A DNA stretch of 64,000 bases from Mobula hypostoma (Eukaryota), in NCBI RefSeq assembly GCF_963921235.1, contig NC_086097.1:99326001-99390000 (forward strand), given 5' to 3'. The stretch's first letter is position 1. Every line of letters begins with the position of its first letter. The position numbers and the translations under genes were made by a program. This document shows positions 12,925 to 25,726 of the stretch, in pieces. The notes under the pieces are model-generated. The model did no database searches and was not told where the DNA came from. It saw only the letters and a program-made list of their open reading frames with translations.

Positions 12925-14982
12925 ATTCAGGATAGGTTTGTCCTATTGAGACAGAGAAGAATAGTAGGGTGAAGCAGCCATGATTGACAAGAGCTATGGA
13001 ATATCTAGTCAAGAGGAAGATAGAAGCTTACTTAAAGTTTAGGAAGCAAGGGTCAGACAGGGCACTAGAGAACTACAAGGTATCCAGGCAGGAGCTGAAG
13101 AATGGATTTGGGAGAGCTAGAAGGGGACATGAGAATGCCTTAGCAAGCAGGATTAAGAAAATCCCAAGGTATTGTTCGTGTATGTGAAGAACAGGAGGAT
13201 GACAAAAGTGAAGGCGAGACCTATCAGACATAGAACAGCAAACATGTCCTTGGAGTCAGAGAAGGTAGGGGAGGTCCTTAATCAATACTTTGCTTCAGTA
13301 TTGACCAGTGAGAGGGTCTGTGACATTTGTGAGTTCAGCATAAAACAGGCCAATATGCTAGAATATCCTCCAAAAGGACCATAACCTTGTTGTAGGGTCT
13401 GGAGGCCCGCATGCCTCAATGACCCGGAGGGCTATGTTGGCTGGAGTTAAGACCTTGTGCTTTGGCTCTTGGTAAAGTCACCCACAACAAACAGGTCAAA
13501 GGGTAGAGGCCAGACTAAGAGTGGTCCACTGGTCCTCCAGGTTTGGGTGTTCAGCTCAGGGCTAACAACCCTGAATGGTCAAAAGACAATTGTTACAAAT
13601 ACAACAATGAAGAATCCTTCTATACAGAGATGGAGGACCTTCATTGCTATCCCAAATGCCAGTGGCGTAACAGGCAATAAGTAGTAATGCTAGAACACGT
13701 TGATATTGAAAAAGAGCATGTACTAGAACTTTTGAAAAACATTAGGATAATGTAAGCTCCCAGGGCCAGATGAGATACCCCAGGTCACTACAGGAAGTGA
13801 GGGAAGAGACTGTTGCAGCAATGGCAATGATCTTTGCATCTTCACTGGCCACAGGAGTAGTACCAGATGATTGGTGGGTGGCAAATATGTACAGGAAAGG
13901 AATCAAAGATATCCCTGTGAATTATAGACCAGTAAAGTCTTACTTCAGTGGTGGGCATGATATTGGAGAAGATTCTTTGAGACAGGATTTACAAATACTT
14001 TGAGGAGCGTAGTCTGATCAGAGATAATCAGCTTGGCTTTGTCAGGGGCAGGTCATGCCACATGAGCCTGAATGAATTCTTTGAGGATATGACAAAGCAC
14101 ATTGATGAAGGTAGAGCAGTGGATGTGGTGTATATAGATTTTAGTAAAGTACTTGATAAGTTTGCCCATAGTAGGTTCATTCAGAAGATCAGGATGCACA
14201 GTTGAGCTGAGAAGTGGCAGATGCAGTTAAACCCAGAAGAGTGTGAAGTATTTAATTTTGGAAGGTTGAATTTGAAGGCAGAATACAGGGTTAATGGCAA
14301 GGTTCTTAGCAGTGTAGATGAACAGAGGGGTTTTAGGATGCATGACCCTAGATCCCTCAAAGTTGCCACGCAAGTTGATAGGGTTGTTAAGAAGGCATAT
14401 GGTGTAGTGGTCTTCTTTCTTCGGGGGACTGAGTTCAAGAACCGTGAGGTAATGTTGCAGCTTTATAAAACCCTGGTTAGACCACACTTGGAATATTGTG
14501 CTCAGTTCTGGTTGCCTCATTATAGGAGGGGCATGGAAGCTTTAGAAAGGATGCAGAGTGGAAACACCAGGATGCTACCTTGATTAACAACTATGTGTTA
14601 GGAGTAAGTCAGAGCTTTTCTGTTTGGAGGGAAGGAACATGAAAGGTTACTTCATAGAGGTATACAAGATAAGAGGCAAAGATCAAATGGGTGGCCAGAG
14701 ACTTTTTCCCAGGACAGAAGTGGCTAATACAATGGGTCAAAATGTTAAGGTGATTAGAGGAAAGTATAGAGGGATGCACAGAGAATGATAAGTGCCAGAG
14801 TTGGTGATAGAGCTATATATATTAGAGGAATTTAAGGAACTCTTAGATAAGTACATGGGTGATGGAAAAATGGAGGGCTATGTAGGAGGAAAGGGTTAGA
14901 TTGATCTTAGAGTAGGTTATGAGGCTGACACAACATCGTGGGCCAAAAGGCTATGCACCATGTTGGACTGCTCTGTGTTCTA
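12925..14982 (+). mobile_element. CR1 LINE, degraded and internally deleted, interrupted at 13364-13686
   Basis: Peptide remnants RARRGHE.ALA, NYRPV and LYKTLVRPHLEYC.QFW.PHY; CR1-type 3' end. Confidence 0.85.
13364..13686 (+). mobile_element. Short non-autonomous RTE-related element
   Basis: 9-bp TSD atgctagaa (13355-13363, 13687-13695). RTE-like 5' sequence (aacaggtcaaagggtagaggccagactaagagtggtccac; gggctaacaaccc) and a taagtagta tail. Confidence 0.65.
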
Positions 14983-15069
14983 AAATCTGATACTTTTTCT
15001 TCTTTCTATCCATCAATCAAAAGATATACATCTCGTGCAACTCTTTCTCATTAATTTCTTTTTTGACTA

Positions 15070-15365
15070 TCCCACTGGACTTGCTTCTGAGGTAGCTAAA
15101 AAGGCCAATGCAGGACCCACAAATTCTGCAGAACTTCTTTACAGGACAGGCCAGAGTTTGGAGAGCTGCATTCCTTCCATCATCAACACCATGCACCCAT
15201 TTTTTTCTGACGAAAAGAGATTGTTTGTAGTACTGTCCCAAATGCTCCTTTGGCATTTTGAGCTGGGGAAGTTACAATGTTCAAGAAGACTTCTGAGGTT
15301 GCCGTCTGACAGCCTTTTGCCACGACCAGCTCAGAACTGTGTTTAGAGAATCGGCTGACTGACAT
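15070..15365 (-). mobile_element. RTE LINE 3' remnant
   Basis: CRICGSCIGLFSYLRS resembles the RTE C-terminal zinc finger seen intact at about 36535-36600 (CPTCNRDCGSRIGLYSHQRSH). Confidence 0.5.
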
Positions 15366-15519
15366 GCAAACAAATTGGCTAGCCCATTGAAATTGACTGC
15401 ATTTAGAGTCACAATGCTTGGGAAGAGGATACTGACATTGATTTGCTTATTTTGTCAAATGATATGGAGGATTTTGAGGAGACGGTGAGGAGCAGGCACT
15501 CTGTCTGGCCACAGCTAAT

Positions 15520-16985
15520 ATAAGGACGACAATAGCCAAGGTCAACCCACACAAAGATGAGGAGCCTGATAACATATCTAGTCAGGTGCTGAGAGACTGT
15601 GCAGCCCAGTTAACAGGGGTTCTGGTAGTTATGATCAACATCTCTCTCGAACAGTCCAGTCTTCGCAGGATTCAAGGCAGCCACCATCACCCTAGTACCC
15701 AAGAATGCGACAGTACACTGCTTTAATGACTACTGTGCAGTGGTACTGACCTCAACAATAATAAGTGCTTTGAATCACATTAAATCCCATCTTCCTGTTA
15801 CATTGGATCTTTTCAAGTTCGCTTATCACTCAAATCGATTCACTATTGATCCGCACTCCATCCCATCCTGTCCCACTTGGAAAATGGTGCTTCATATGCC
15901 AAAATGCTATTTATTGACTTCAGTTCATTGTTTAATATGATCATCCTTCAGAAGCTGGTATTAAACTGTCCTCGTTTAGGCTCAACACCTCTCTCTGTAA
16001 ATAGACCTTGGACTTTTTGACAGAAAGACAACATTCAGTCTCAAGCTCCTTCATGCTGAGACCAGCAACCCAGAGGGGTGCATGCTCAGTTGCTTCTCTC
16101 CAGTTGAGACTTTGAGTAGGATGAGATTGAGGATGAGAGCAGAGGACGGGCAGGTGTTCGGTGCCGCCTGCCTGCATTTGACAGGTCTTCCTCTTGCTAG
16201 CTGCTGTCAGAGGGAAGTGCAGGAGTCTTCGGATCCACATTGCCAGGATTGATCAGTTTGGGGTGAATTTGAGATTCATGTTGCATATGTTCCTGGATTC
16301 TGGTTACTCTTTTTTTTGCTGTTTTTGAGTAGTTTGATAGGAGCGGACTATGCAGACTGGGTGCTTCGGCGAAGAACGGCCCTGCGGTCTGCATTGGCTA
16401 GTGGCACAGCACTGAACTGAACTGAACTGAACTAAACTGAATACTACTGGTTTGATGTTTGATATTCAATGCGTTGTTCGCTCGCATTTTGTTGTTTATA
16501 CAATTTGTTCTTTTCTTCGCGTATTGGGTGTTTGATGTTTTCTCGAACTGGTTCTATGATGTTTCTTTCCTTCCTGGTTGCCTGCAGGAGGACGAATTTC
16601 AGAGTTGTACTGTGTACACTTACTTTGAATTGAATCAAGTTCACAGATGATACAACAGAGAACAATGGTGTAAGCTCAACAACTTGAGTCTCAGTATGGG
16701 CAAGACTACAGAGATCGTGAACTTTAGGAAGGTACAGGCTGACCACTCCTCATCACACATAAATGACTACTCCATGGAGATAGCTAGAGGCTCCAAGTTT
16801 CTGGGAGTGTATATAATGGACAACCTCATCTGCTCCCTCAACACCACCTCTTAAGTCAATAAGGCACAGCAGTGTCTCCATTTCCTGAGGAGACTGAGGT
16901 GAACGAAGCTCTTCCTCCACACCATTCTAACCAGTTTTTTTTAACAGGAGCACCACAGAGAGTGTACAGACCAGCTGCATTACCT
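15520..16985 (+). mobile_element. Degraded Rex1/Babar-type LINE with a nested non-coding repeat (about 16055-16635)
   Basis: Remnants GPD, LNDY..V.LTS, LD...FAY..NR and LFIDFS.FN. Confidence 0.55.
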
Positions 16986-17929
16986 TATTATTTGTTAATT
17001 TATTTGTGGTAATATTACTTTATGTGTTGTGTGTGCTATATGTACTGTGATGTGCACCTTGTTACAGAGAACGTTGTTTCGTTTGGCAGTATATATGTAT
17101 ACAGTTGAAGTGACAATAAACTTGAACTTGACGGGGAGTTCCAAACATTATGGCTCCATAGAGTCTTACCCCCTCCCCATTATCCTTGTCTCCCCAATCT
17201 CTCTTCATTGAATAGATCCCAGAAATCAACCCACTGCACAATTATGGAATTTTGATGGGCTCCTTGATGCTGCACTTGATGAAATGCAGAAGTAGGCATT
17301 TTAAACATTAAATAATTTCTTTAGACAGTACATATTGGGGACATTACCAAGGTTAGCAGAACACAATTAGAAGTGAGATTTTTTTAACATTTGTAATTAA
17401 TTTGTAATAACATTTGAAAATGAAACAGTCACTGCTGTGGTACAGTTAATATTAATTACTGTACTTAAACAAATTGTCTGCCATCAAACCTTAACTATTC
17501 AAGAATCATGGAAGCAGAGAAACTAAGACAAAAGTCAAGAGCAAGGAAGGGAGAAGTCAAAAGCTTGAATTGTAAATAAAGTGCTAGTATTTTTGCGGAT
17601 CATCTAGACTGGGAGATAAGAGGAGACATGCAAAGTAGTAGGTGGGGGAACATATTTGGTAAATAATCACTTGCCAAACATTAACCAGACACTTAGGTGG
17701 GACTGACCAAGTTGCATATGGACAGTAAACATCCACATAGAAGGTCAATGTATCAATTAAAAAAAATACAAGGCATACACAATGTCTGTATTACCTCAAG
17801 GGCAATTAAGAATGGGCGATACAGCCGCTAATTTTCTTATTACTTGCCAAGTACATATTTAAATGGAAATTGAGTAAACATCATGCAGTAATTGCACCTT
17901 CTGCTAGTCCATAACAACAGTATTATCAC

Positions 17930-18433
17930 TAGAGAATATAGACCATAAAACAGTACAGCACAGGAACAGATCCTTCGGTCCACAATGTTTGCCAAACCAG
18001 CTAAAAGGTAAATTAAAAACACCAAAAAAAAGTAATCCTTCGCTACCTACACAATGTCTATATTGCTCCATTTTCCTAACAACTATGTGCTTTCTATATG
18101 TCTCTTAAAAGTCTCGATTGTATCTGCTCTATCAGGCAGCACATTCCAGGCATCCACGACTCTGAGAAAAAAAACTTATCCCTCACTTCTCCTTCGAACT
18201 GCCCCCCCTTACCTTCAATGCATGCCCTCTGGTATTAGATATTTCAACCTTGGGAAACAGATACTCCCTGTCTACTCTGTCTATGCCTCTCATAATCTTA
18301 TAAACTTCTATAAGATTTCTCCTCAAGTCTCCACCACTCCAGAGAAAACAACTCAAATTTTTTCAACCTTTCATGATAACAAATGCCCTCAAAACCAGGC
18401 AGCATCCTGATAAACCTCTTCTGCACCTTCTCT
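17930..18433 (-). mobile_element. CR1 3' fragment (target of the LTR element)
   Basis: Reverse-complement CR1 3' end (accataaaacagtacagcacaggaacag...; atcctgataaacctcttctgcacc). Confidence 0.65.
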
Positions 18434-18439
18434 TGTTAC

Positions 18440-19318
18440 TGTTACGAGAATACACATAAAATTAAGATGTTTGCTGGCCTGGGCTAGCATCAGTGGCATC
18501 AGCAGTTGGTCTGCCACCTGCCCTCAGGGGAAGGAGAGATAAGGAACAATGGAGCAGCGTCTGGAGATGTGTAATGAAGGGATGTGGGAGGAAGAGCTGT
18601 CTGGAGCGGCTCCCCCCTTTGAACCCTGAACTGTTTGAAGTGATGGACAGGCGATACCCCAGCAGGGGGATAAAAAGGGACAGGTTCGCTAAGACAGACA
18701 CACGCCACCCGAGGTAACGAGACCCTGGAAGCGGTGCGCTTCTCACGAGTGGGTGAGAAGTCCCAGACAACGACAAGGGTGGAAAGGTACGATCAGCGGG
18801 AACCCGGTGTGTGTCCGCCCTTGCCTGGGTGCCGGGTTCACTGCAGAGGATCGACCGCATCTGGAGGAGGGGTCACAGTCGGTGACCTCAGGTGACATCA
18901 CCAAGGACCCGCCCAAAAAGCTGTTTGTGAGCCATCTCGCTGGTCTGTGAGCCATCTTGCTGGTCTGTGAGTGAAGCCGTTCTGAATGATGAGTTGTTCC
19001 TATTCTATCTCTCTCTTCCCCCACATTGTCCACCGCCATGGCAACGATTACTGCGAACTGAACTACTAAACTGGACTGAACTTTGAGTCATTTTGAAATT
19101 GGTCATTTACCCCTAGACAACGATAGAGCTTGATTGATGCTGTTATCTTAATTCTGTGCACATGTGCGTTTATCATCGCTGAACTGTTGCATTTATTATC
19201 CTTTCGATTAATGTGTTGCTTGTTTCTTTAATAAAACTTTCTTAGTTCTAGTACTCCAGACTCCAACTGAGTGATCCATTTCTGCTGGTTTGGCAACCCA
19301 GTTACGGGGTACGTAACA
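18440..19318 (+). mobile_element. Solo LTR of a related family
   Basis: TGTTAC...GTAACA termini, 4-bp TSD TTAC (18436-18439, 19319-19322), AATAAA at about 19230, homologous to the element A LTRs. 20-bp internal tandem duplication at about 18927-18970. Confidence 0.88.
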
Positions 19319-19607
19319 TTACGTACCCCATAACTGGGTTGCCAAACCAGCAGAAATGGACCACTAGTTGGAGTCTGGATTACTGGAAACTAATAAAGTT
19401 TTATTAAAGAAATAAGTAACACAGTACTCTAATCATAAGGTTATAAATGCAACAGGTTAGCAATGATAAAACACACATGTACACAGAACTAGGGTAATAG
19501 GAATCAACCAAGCTCTATCGCAGTCTAGGGGTAAAATGATCAGTCCTAAGTGACGCAGAGTTCAGTTCAGCTTAGTACAGTTCGCAGTGATCGCTGTTGT
19601 GCCGTTG

Positions 19608-19639
<32 letters not shown>

Positions 19640-20252
19640 TTGATTCAAGCAGATCTTTGATGTTCTTCGCAGTTGGCTTTCGGGCGGACCCTTTTATGTC
19701 TTCTATCCCGCTGTGGTCACCGACTGTGACCCCTCCGTTCTGGATTGTGACCGTTCTTCCGCGGTGAACCCGGCACCCAGGCAAGGGCGGACACACACAC
19801 CAGGTTCCCGCCGATCGTACCTTTTCACCCTGTGAGTCTATGGTCGGTTCCCTCGAACCAGACCTCCAAACTCCCACCAATTTGTGGGGGCACACCGCTC
19901 TTCCAGGGTCTCGTTATCTCATGGTGTCGTGGTGTGTGTGGTGCCTTAGCGAATCTGTTCTTTTTATCCCCCTGCTGGGGTATCGCCTGTCCATCAGACT
20001 TCAAACAGTTCAGGTTCAAAGCAACCGGTCTGTCAATATCTGAATTGTGTTTCTTCCTCGTTAATCTCTCTTATTAGCATTGTCTCCTTTATCTCTCTCT
20101 CATTAGCATCAATCTTCTGATAACTTGGTTTGTCATCACACCCCTATCCTTCAAAGGATTTTTACTGGGGTAAAAATTATAAATACATTATTAGATCCAC
20201 ACTAATATACAGGGTTATCAGCTATTCGGCGAATACAGAGAACTTTAACTTT

Positions 20253-21464
20253 TCAACACCTTGACAGACAGTCAGCAATCACATCGTCTGTTCCTTTTAT
20301 ATGTATTATTTTAATACCAAATTCCTGTAAGACCAGGCTCCAACTTAGCAACCTTTTGTTTTTATCCTTCATAGTGGCCAAAAACACTAATGGGTTGTGA
20401 TCAGTGTAAATTATCAGTGGTTTCCGTGCCAGACAAATATAACAAAGGTCGTCCCTCACAAACTTCACATTCTTTGGCAAGAGCTTAGTAAGCGGGAGGG
20501 TAATATCCGCAAAGTTTTTGCAAAACTTCTGATAGTACCCCACCATCCCCAAGAACCTTCTCAGGGCTCTCTTGTCTGTCGGGGTGGGGACTTCAGAGAT
20601 AGCCCACACCTTAGCCTGCATCGGAGCCAGCTGCCCCTGTCCAACCACAAATCCCATATAAGTGACCTTCGTGTGGCCGAATTCACTTTTTGCGAGGTTC
20701 ACTGTCAGGCTGGCTTCAAACAGCTGTTTAAACATTTCCACAATGTGCTCCTCCCACGTGTCACTCCAGACCACTAAATTGTCAATATACGCTTCTGCGT
20801 TCTTTAGCCCTTTTGTCACTGAATTAATCATCCTGTAGGAGTGTTGCTTACTAGGCTGACCTGATGTGACAACACCATGTACCGTCTCTTTGCATTGCCC
20901 CAGGACATCCGAACATATGCCTGCGTGCCGGTTAGTTAGCTTTATCAGCGGCTCGCTCTGTTCAGGGGTTAAGTGAGAGAACTCATCAGCAAAGTTGGCC
21001 AAAACAATAGAGTTCTCCCATTGGGTCGGCACCATACTTATCTTTTCAAAATGGGTTTTCCCCCTATCAGGTGGCACCCTAGCCTCATTAATTTTTGTGA
21101 TAACACCGACTAGGTCTGCTCGCTTATCGTGCCAAGTTGTTAACATATCAATAGGCTGTGTTGGCTCACGTCTACAATACTCAATAATATCCTCCCTCAT
21201 GCTCGGCCAGTAAAACTCTTTCATAATTCTATTGACTGTCTTCCTTACCCCAAAATGTCCACCGAGGGGTATCTTGTGGGCCAGGTTAAAAATCTCATCC
21301 CCATAAATTTTCAGCACTACCACCTGGTGCACCACCCCCCATTCCTCATCTGCGGGCACGGTACTTGGTCTCCATTTCCTCCTGAGTACTCCCTCCTTCA
21401 CATAATAGCCCACTGGCTCACTTTTTAATTCTGCTTCAGAGAGAGCTGTCTCCGTCAAAACCAT
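20253..21464 (-). pseudogene. Deleted pol of element A (integrase Zn-binding remnant, RT C-terminal half, RNase H tail)
   Basis: AHKIPLGGHFGVRKT...FYWP (IN HHCC region) precedes YIDNLVV, NLAKSEF, LRRFLGMVGYY, YTDHNPL and IADCLSR. Integrase core, RT N-terminal half and most of RNase H are absent. Confidence 0.85.
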
Positions 21465-21960
21465 CAGCTCCTCATCTCGTTCCTGTTCCTGTAAATTCTT
21501 TCCTCGCTAATGATAAATCTACCTCAACTCCCTCACTTCCTTCCGCTCTACTATGCTCCTTCTTCTCACTTTCTAACCCCTCCTGGTACAAGGCTGGTAA
21601 AAACATCTCAGCTAAATCTACATTCGCTTCGGCAGCCTTTCTGGACATGCGCCGAGTCACTGCGCAGACAGGATAAACCTGTGAGTCTATGGGCGGGGCC
21701 TCAATCCGGTAGGCTGGTTTGTCAGTTTTACTGCTGAGAACACATTTCCGCCGGTGAAGTCATTACCGAGTAAGACCACCACGATCCATCGGTAATTCGG
21801 GCCTCACCCCTATCGTGACCGGTCCGGAGACCAAGTCAGTTTTTAAGTGTATCTGGTGCAAAGGTACTGCTTCAGTCCCTTTCCCAATGCCCTTTATCAC
21901 ACTGACCTCCCCAGTCTCGGTCTCTGAACTAAAGTCTAAAACACTCCTTAAGATCAGTGA

Positions 21961-23298
21961 CTAACAAGCCTCAGTGTCTCTCCAGATCTGTACGGGAACC
22001 GGGCTTAACCCCTCCTTCATCGACACCAATCTGGCCGAAATAAACTTCTCACGCCCTTCCTGAACTTTATCAGACCTCTCCTCCCCTAGTGGTTTGTTTG
22101 CCAGCTCAATACAACCAGTCGGAATCGTTGTTTTTCCTTTTCCTGTCTCCTTCTTTGGGGCAAAGCACCTGGACGCAAAGTGACCGGCTTTCCCACAATT
22201 ATAGCATACGACCCCAGGAGACTTCCTACCAAACTGCTCCCGGTCATCCTTATCCTTCTCACTAGTCTCCGGCTTACTTTCTGGCTTTTCTGGTGGACTC
22301 TCTCCGCCCTCTTGACTACTCTTCTGATAGCTTTTACTCGGGGTAAACTTTGCTTTGTGTGTCAACGCGTACTCATCTGCTAACTTAGCAGTTGCGGCTA
22401 AGGTTTCTGCCTCTTTCTCATCTAGGTAGGGCCTCATACCTTCAGGGACACAACCTTTAAACTGCTCAATCAGTATTAGCTGTAGCAGTCTGTCATAATC
22501 TCCACTGACCCCTTTCAAGGCGCACCAACGCTCACAATACATCTGCATTTCACGGGCAAACTCTAAATACGTGCGGCCCCACTGCTTCCTCACATTCCGG
22601 AACCTCTGCCGGTATGCCTCCGGGACCAACTCATAAATCCTGAGTATCGCCTCTTTCACCACATCATACCTCTGGGCATCTTCTGCGGACAATGCCGAGT
22701 AAGCTTGCTGAGCTTTTTCTTTAAGTACGCTCTGAAGCAAAACAGCCCACTTATCCCTCGGCCAGTCCTGACTTGCAGTGACTTTTTCAAAATGTAGAAA
22801 GTACTGATCAACATCGGCCTCCTCAAATGGGGGAACCAGCCTAACCTCCTGGGTCACCCTGAACCCTCCACCTTGGTTCGGCATGGGGCCCTGCGCTAGC
22901 GTCATCCTTAACTTCTCCAGCTTAAATTCCCTTTCCCTCTGTTTCTCTCCCTCTTCTCGTTCTAACTGCCTGTCCCTCTCTTCTTGTTCCAGCTGCTTTA
23001 TTCTCTCTTCTCGTTCTAACTGCCTTACCCGGAACTCGTGCTCGAGTCTCAATTTTTCTATCTGCAGCTGCACCACCTCTCCACCAGGTTTGCTCATAGA
23101 TACCACCTCCAGCTCCCCTTGGGGAAACACACCTTCAGATACATAATGCTCAATGATAGCTCTGTGCATCTCCGCTCTCCTCATTGTCGGCTTCCCCTTA
23201 AAAAGATTCAACCGTTTGGCAACAGTTGCCAATTCAGATTTCCTGGCATCCTCTAATACCTCCAAGGTTGGCGGCTTTAGAAATTCCTCAATCTTCAT
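21961..23298 (-). CDS. Gag of element A (coiled coil, capsid-like region, CCHC knuckle), open for 445 aa
   Basis: LVPPFEE.DVD.YF.HFEK...W, LILIEQFK and CYNCGKAGHFASRC. Runs into a degenerate protease motif (IWRDTEA) followed by a stop. Confidence 0.85.
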   Translation of the reverse strand: MKIEEFLKPPTLEVLEDARKSELATVAKRLNLFKGKPTMRRAEMHRAIIEHYVSEGVFPQGELEVVSMSKPGGEVVQLQIEKLRLEHEFRVRQLEREERIKQLEQEERDRQLEREEGEKQREREFKLEKLRMTLAQGPMPNQGGGFRVTQEVRLVPPFEEADVDQYFLHFEKVTASQDWPRDKWAVLLQSVLKEKAQQAYSALSAEDAQRYDVVKEAILRIYELVPEAYRQRFRNVRKQWGRTYLEFAREMQMYCERWCALKGVSGDYDRLLQLILIEQFKGCVPEGMRPYLDEKEAETLAATAKLADEYALTHKAKFTPSKSYQKSSQEGGESPPEKPESKPETSEKDKDDREQFGRKSPGVVCYNCGKAGHFASRCFAPKKETGKGKTTIPTGCIELANKPLGEERSDKVQEGREKFISARLVSMKEGLSPVPVQIWRDTEAC

Positions 23299-23374
23299 TT
23301 CTGCTGTTTTCCCTTTCTTTCTTTCAGGAATTTTAACCCAATCAATTTACCCAGTCCCAAATTTGGCGTTCAAA

Positions 23375-23392
23375 GTCCTGGACGAGCCCCCA
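23375..23392 (-). promoter_or_regulatory. Primer-binding site, tRNA-Pro type
   Basis: TGGGGGCTCGTCCAGGAC lies 4 nt after the 5' LTR and matches the canonical tRNA-Pro PBS TGGGGGCTCGTCCGGGAT at 16/18. Confidence 0.8.
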
Positions 23393-24554
23393 CTTATGTT
23401 ATGTACCCCATAATTGGGTTGCCAAACCAGCAGAAATGGACCACTAGTTGGAGTCTGGATTACTGGAAACTAATAAAGTTTTATTAAAGAAATAAGTAAC
23501 ACAGTACTCTAATCGTAAGGATATAAATGCAACAGGTTAGCAATGATAAAACACACATGTACTCAGAACTAGAGTAATAGGAATCAACCAAGCTCTATCG
23601 CAATCTAGGGGTAAAATGATCAGTCTTAAGTGACACAGAGTTCAGTTCAGCTTAGTGCAGTTCGCAGTAATCGTTGGGGGGGGGGAAGAGAGAGAGAGAG
23701 AGACAGAGAGACAGAGAGACAGACAGACAAATTTTGATTCAAGCAGACCTTTGATGTTCTTCGCAGTTGGCTTTCGGGCGGACCCCTTTATGTCTTCTAT
23801 CCCACTGTGGTCACCGACTGTGCCCCCTCTGTTCCGGATACGACTGTTCTTCTGTGGTGAACCCGGCACCCAGGCAAGGGCGGACACACACACCAGGTTC
23901 CCGCCGATCGTACCTTTTCACCCTGTGAGTCTATGGTCGGTTCCCTCGAACCAGACCTCCAAACTCCCACCAATTTGTGGGAGCACACCGCTCTTCCAGG
24001 GTCTCGTTATCTCGTGGTGTCGTGGTGTGTGTGGTGCCTTAGTGAACCTGTTCTTTTTATCCCCCTGCTGGGGCATTGCCTGTCCATCAGACTTCAAACA
24101 GTTCAGGTTCAAAGCAACCAGTCTGTCTATATCTGAATTGTGTTTCTTCCTCGTTAATCTCTCTCTTCTCTCTTATTAGCATTTTGAATGTTTCTCCATT
24201 GTCTCCCTTATCTCTCTCTCATTAGCATCAATCTTCTGATAACTTGGTTTGCCGTCACACTCAATAACATGTATACTTTCCATTATCTACTTACACATTT
24301 AAGTATGTAGGTCTAAACAGACTATCCTTTAGCTTGAGAAAGTGACAACATCTTCTCACTGTCCTGTCAAAGCCTCTAAATATTTTGAATGTGTCAACAG
24401 AGAATAGTGGCCAACCTCAAATGACAGATCTACCATCCCAAGGACCAGTCTGGTGAAGTATACTGCTTTCTTTTTATACTAAGTATGTCCCTCTTTAGGT
24501 TTGGAGACTAATATTGTACACAATGCTCTAGATGTAGTCTCATCAGGACTCATG

Positions 24555-25245
24555 ATTAGATTAGATTAGATTAGATTATGAGGACACTCAGTCCTCGTTT
24601 ATTGTCATTTAGAAATGCATGTATTAAAAAATGATACAATGTTCCTCTAGAAAGATATCACAGAAACACAAGACAAACCAAGACTAAAACTGACAAAACC
24701 ACATAATTATAACATATAGTTACAACAGTGCAAAGCAATATCGTAATTTCATAAAGAGCAGACCATGGGCATGGTAAAAGGAGTCTCAGGTCCCAATAGC
24801 CCCATCATCTCACGCAGACGGTAGAAAGGAGAAACTCTCCCTGCCATGAATTCCTAGCGCCACAAACTTGCTGATGCATCAGAAGCACCCGACCGCAGCC
24901 GACTCTGAGTCTGTCCGAAAACTTCAAGCCTCTGACCAGCCCTCCGACACTGAGCACCGAGCACCATCTCTTCCAAGCGCTTCGACACCGCCCTGGCCAC
25001 CGCGCATAACGCAACGCCGAGGACTCGGGACCTTCCCCTCCAGAGATTCTAGATCACACAGTAGCAGAGGCAGCGAAGCAGGCATTTCAGAAGTTTCACA
25101 GATGTTTCTCCGTGCTCTCACGTCTGTCTCCATCAAATCAGGATTGTGCACCGCACCCTACTTGACAGATATGATAACAGATATCATTCACCGGAGTGGC
25201 TGCTGCAAGCTGCGTCGTGCCGCCACTTTCTCCTCCCTCTATCTT
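24555..25245 (-). mobile_element. Non-coding LINE-derived repeat with (TCTAA)n tail
   Basis: Its 3' end is the near-identical reverse complement of about 4095-4316 and ends in an attag microsatellite tail. Family not assigned. Confidence 0.55.
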
Positions 25246-25726
25246 CAAATGATAACAGAATTGCACTGCTACCCTTGTATTCAAATCCTCTGACAATGAA
25301 GACCAACATACTGCTTCCCTACACAACTACATGCAGAACCTGTTTGCTAGTTTTCAATGCCTTGTGTACAAGTCCTTTTAAAACATCAACTAGTCTTTCA
25401 CCATTTAAAATACACAAGATTTCTGCCATTTGTACTTCACATTGTCCATATTGCATACTTGTCATATTATTTCCATTTAACTTGTTTCTGTCCTCCTGAA
25501 GCCCCTTGTGTCATCATTACTCACATCCCCTTAAGTTCATGACTTCAGGAAGCCTGAAAATGCTACATTTAATCCGCTCACTCAAATCACTGATACAAGT
25601 ATTTGTGACTCAAGCATTTTTGCAATAAACCATGAATCGCTACCTGCCAATCTAAGAAGATTGATTATTTCTATTCTTTTTCTCCTCCCATTTTATTACA
25701 CAACTCTCAAAACACACTATGTATTC

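Larger units (their letters stand above)
18434..24259 (-). mobile_element. Gypsy-superfamily LTR retrotransposon A, Gmr1-like order (gag-PR-IN-RT-RH), non-autonomous
   Basis: 5' LTR 23397-24259. 3' LTR 19319-20140, with its last bases displaced to 18434-18439. TG...CA ends. PPT at about 20141-20157. Flanks ctct/ctca give a 3-of-4 TSD match. Confidence 0.9.

Noticed and set aside
23655..24179. ORFs within LTRs (also 18462-19039, 19572-20077, 30669-30953)
   Set aside because: They lie inside LTRs, include microsatellite translations and have no protein motifs.
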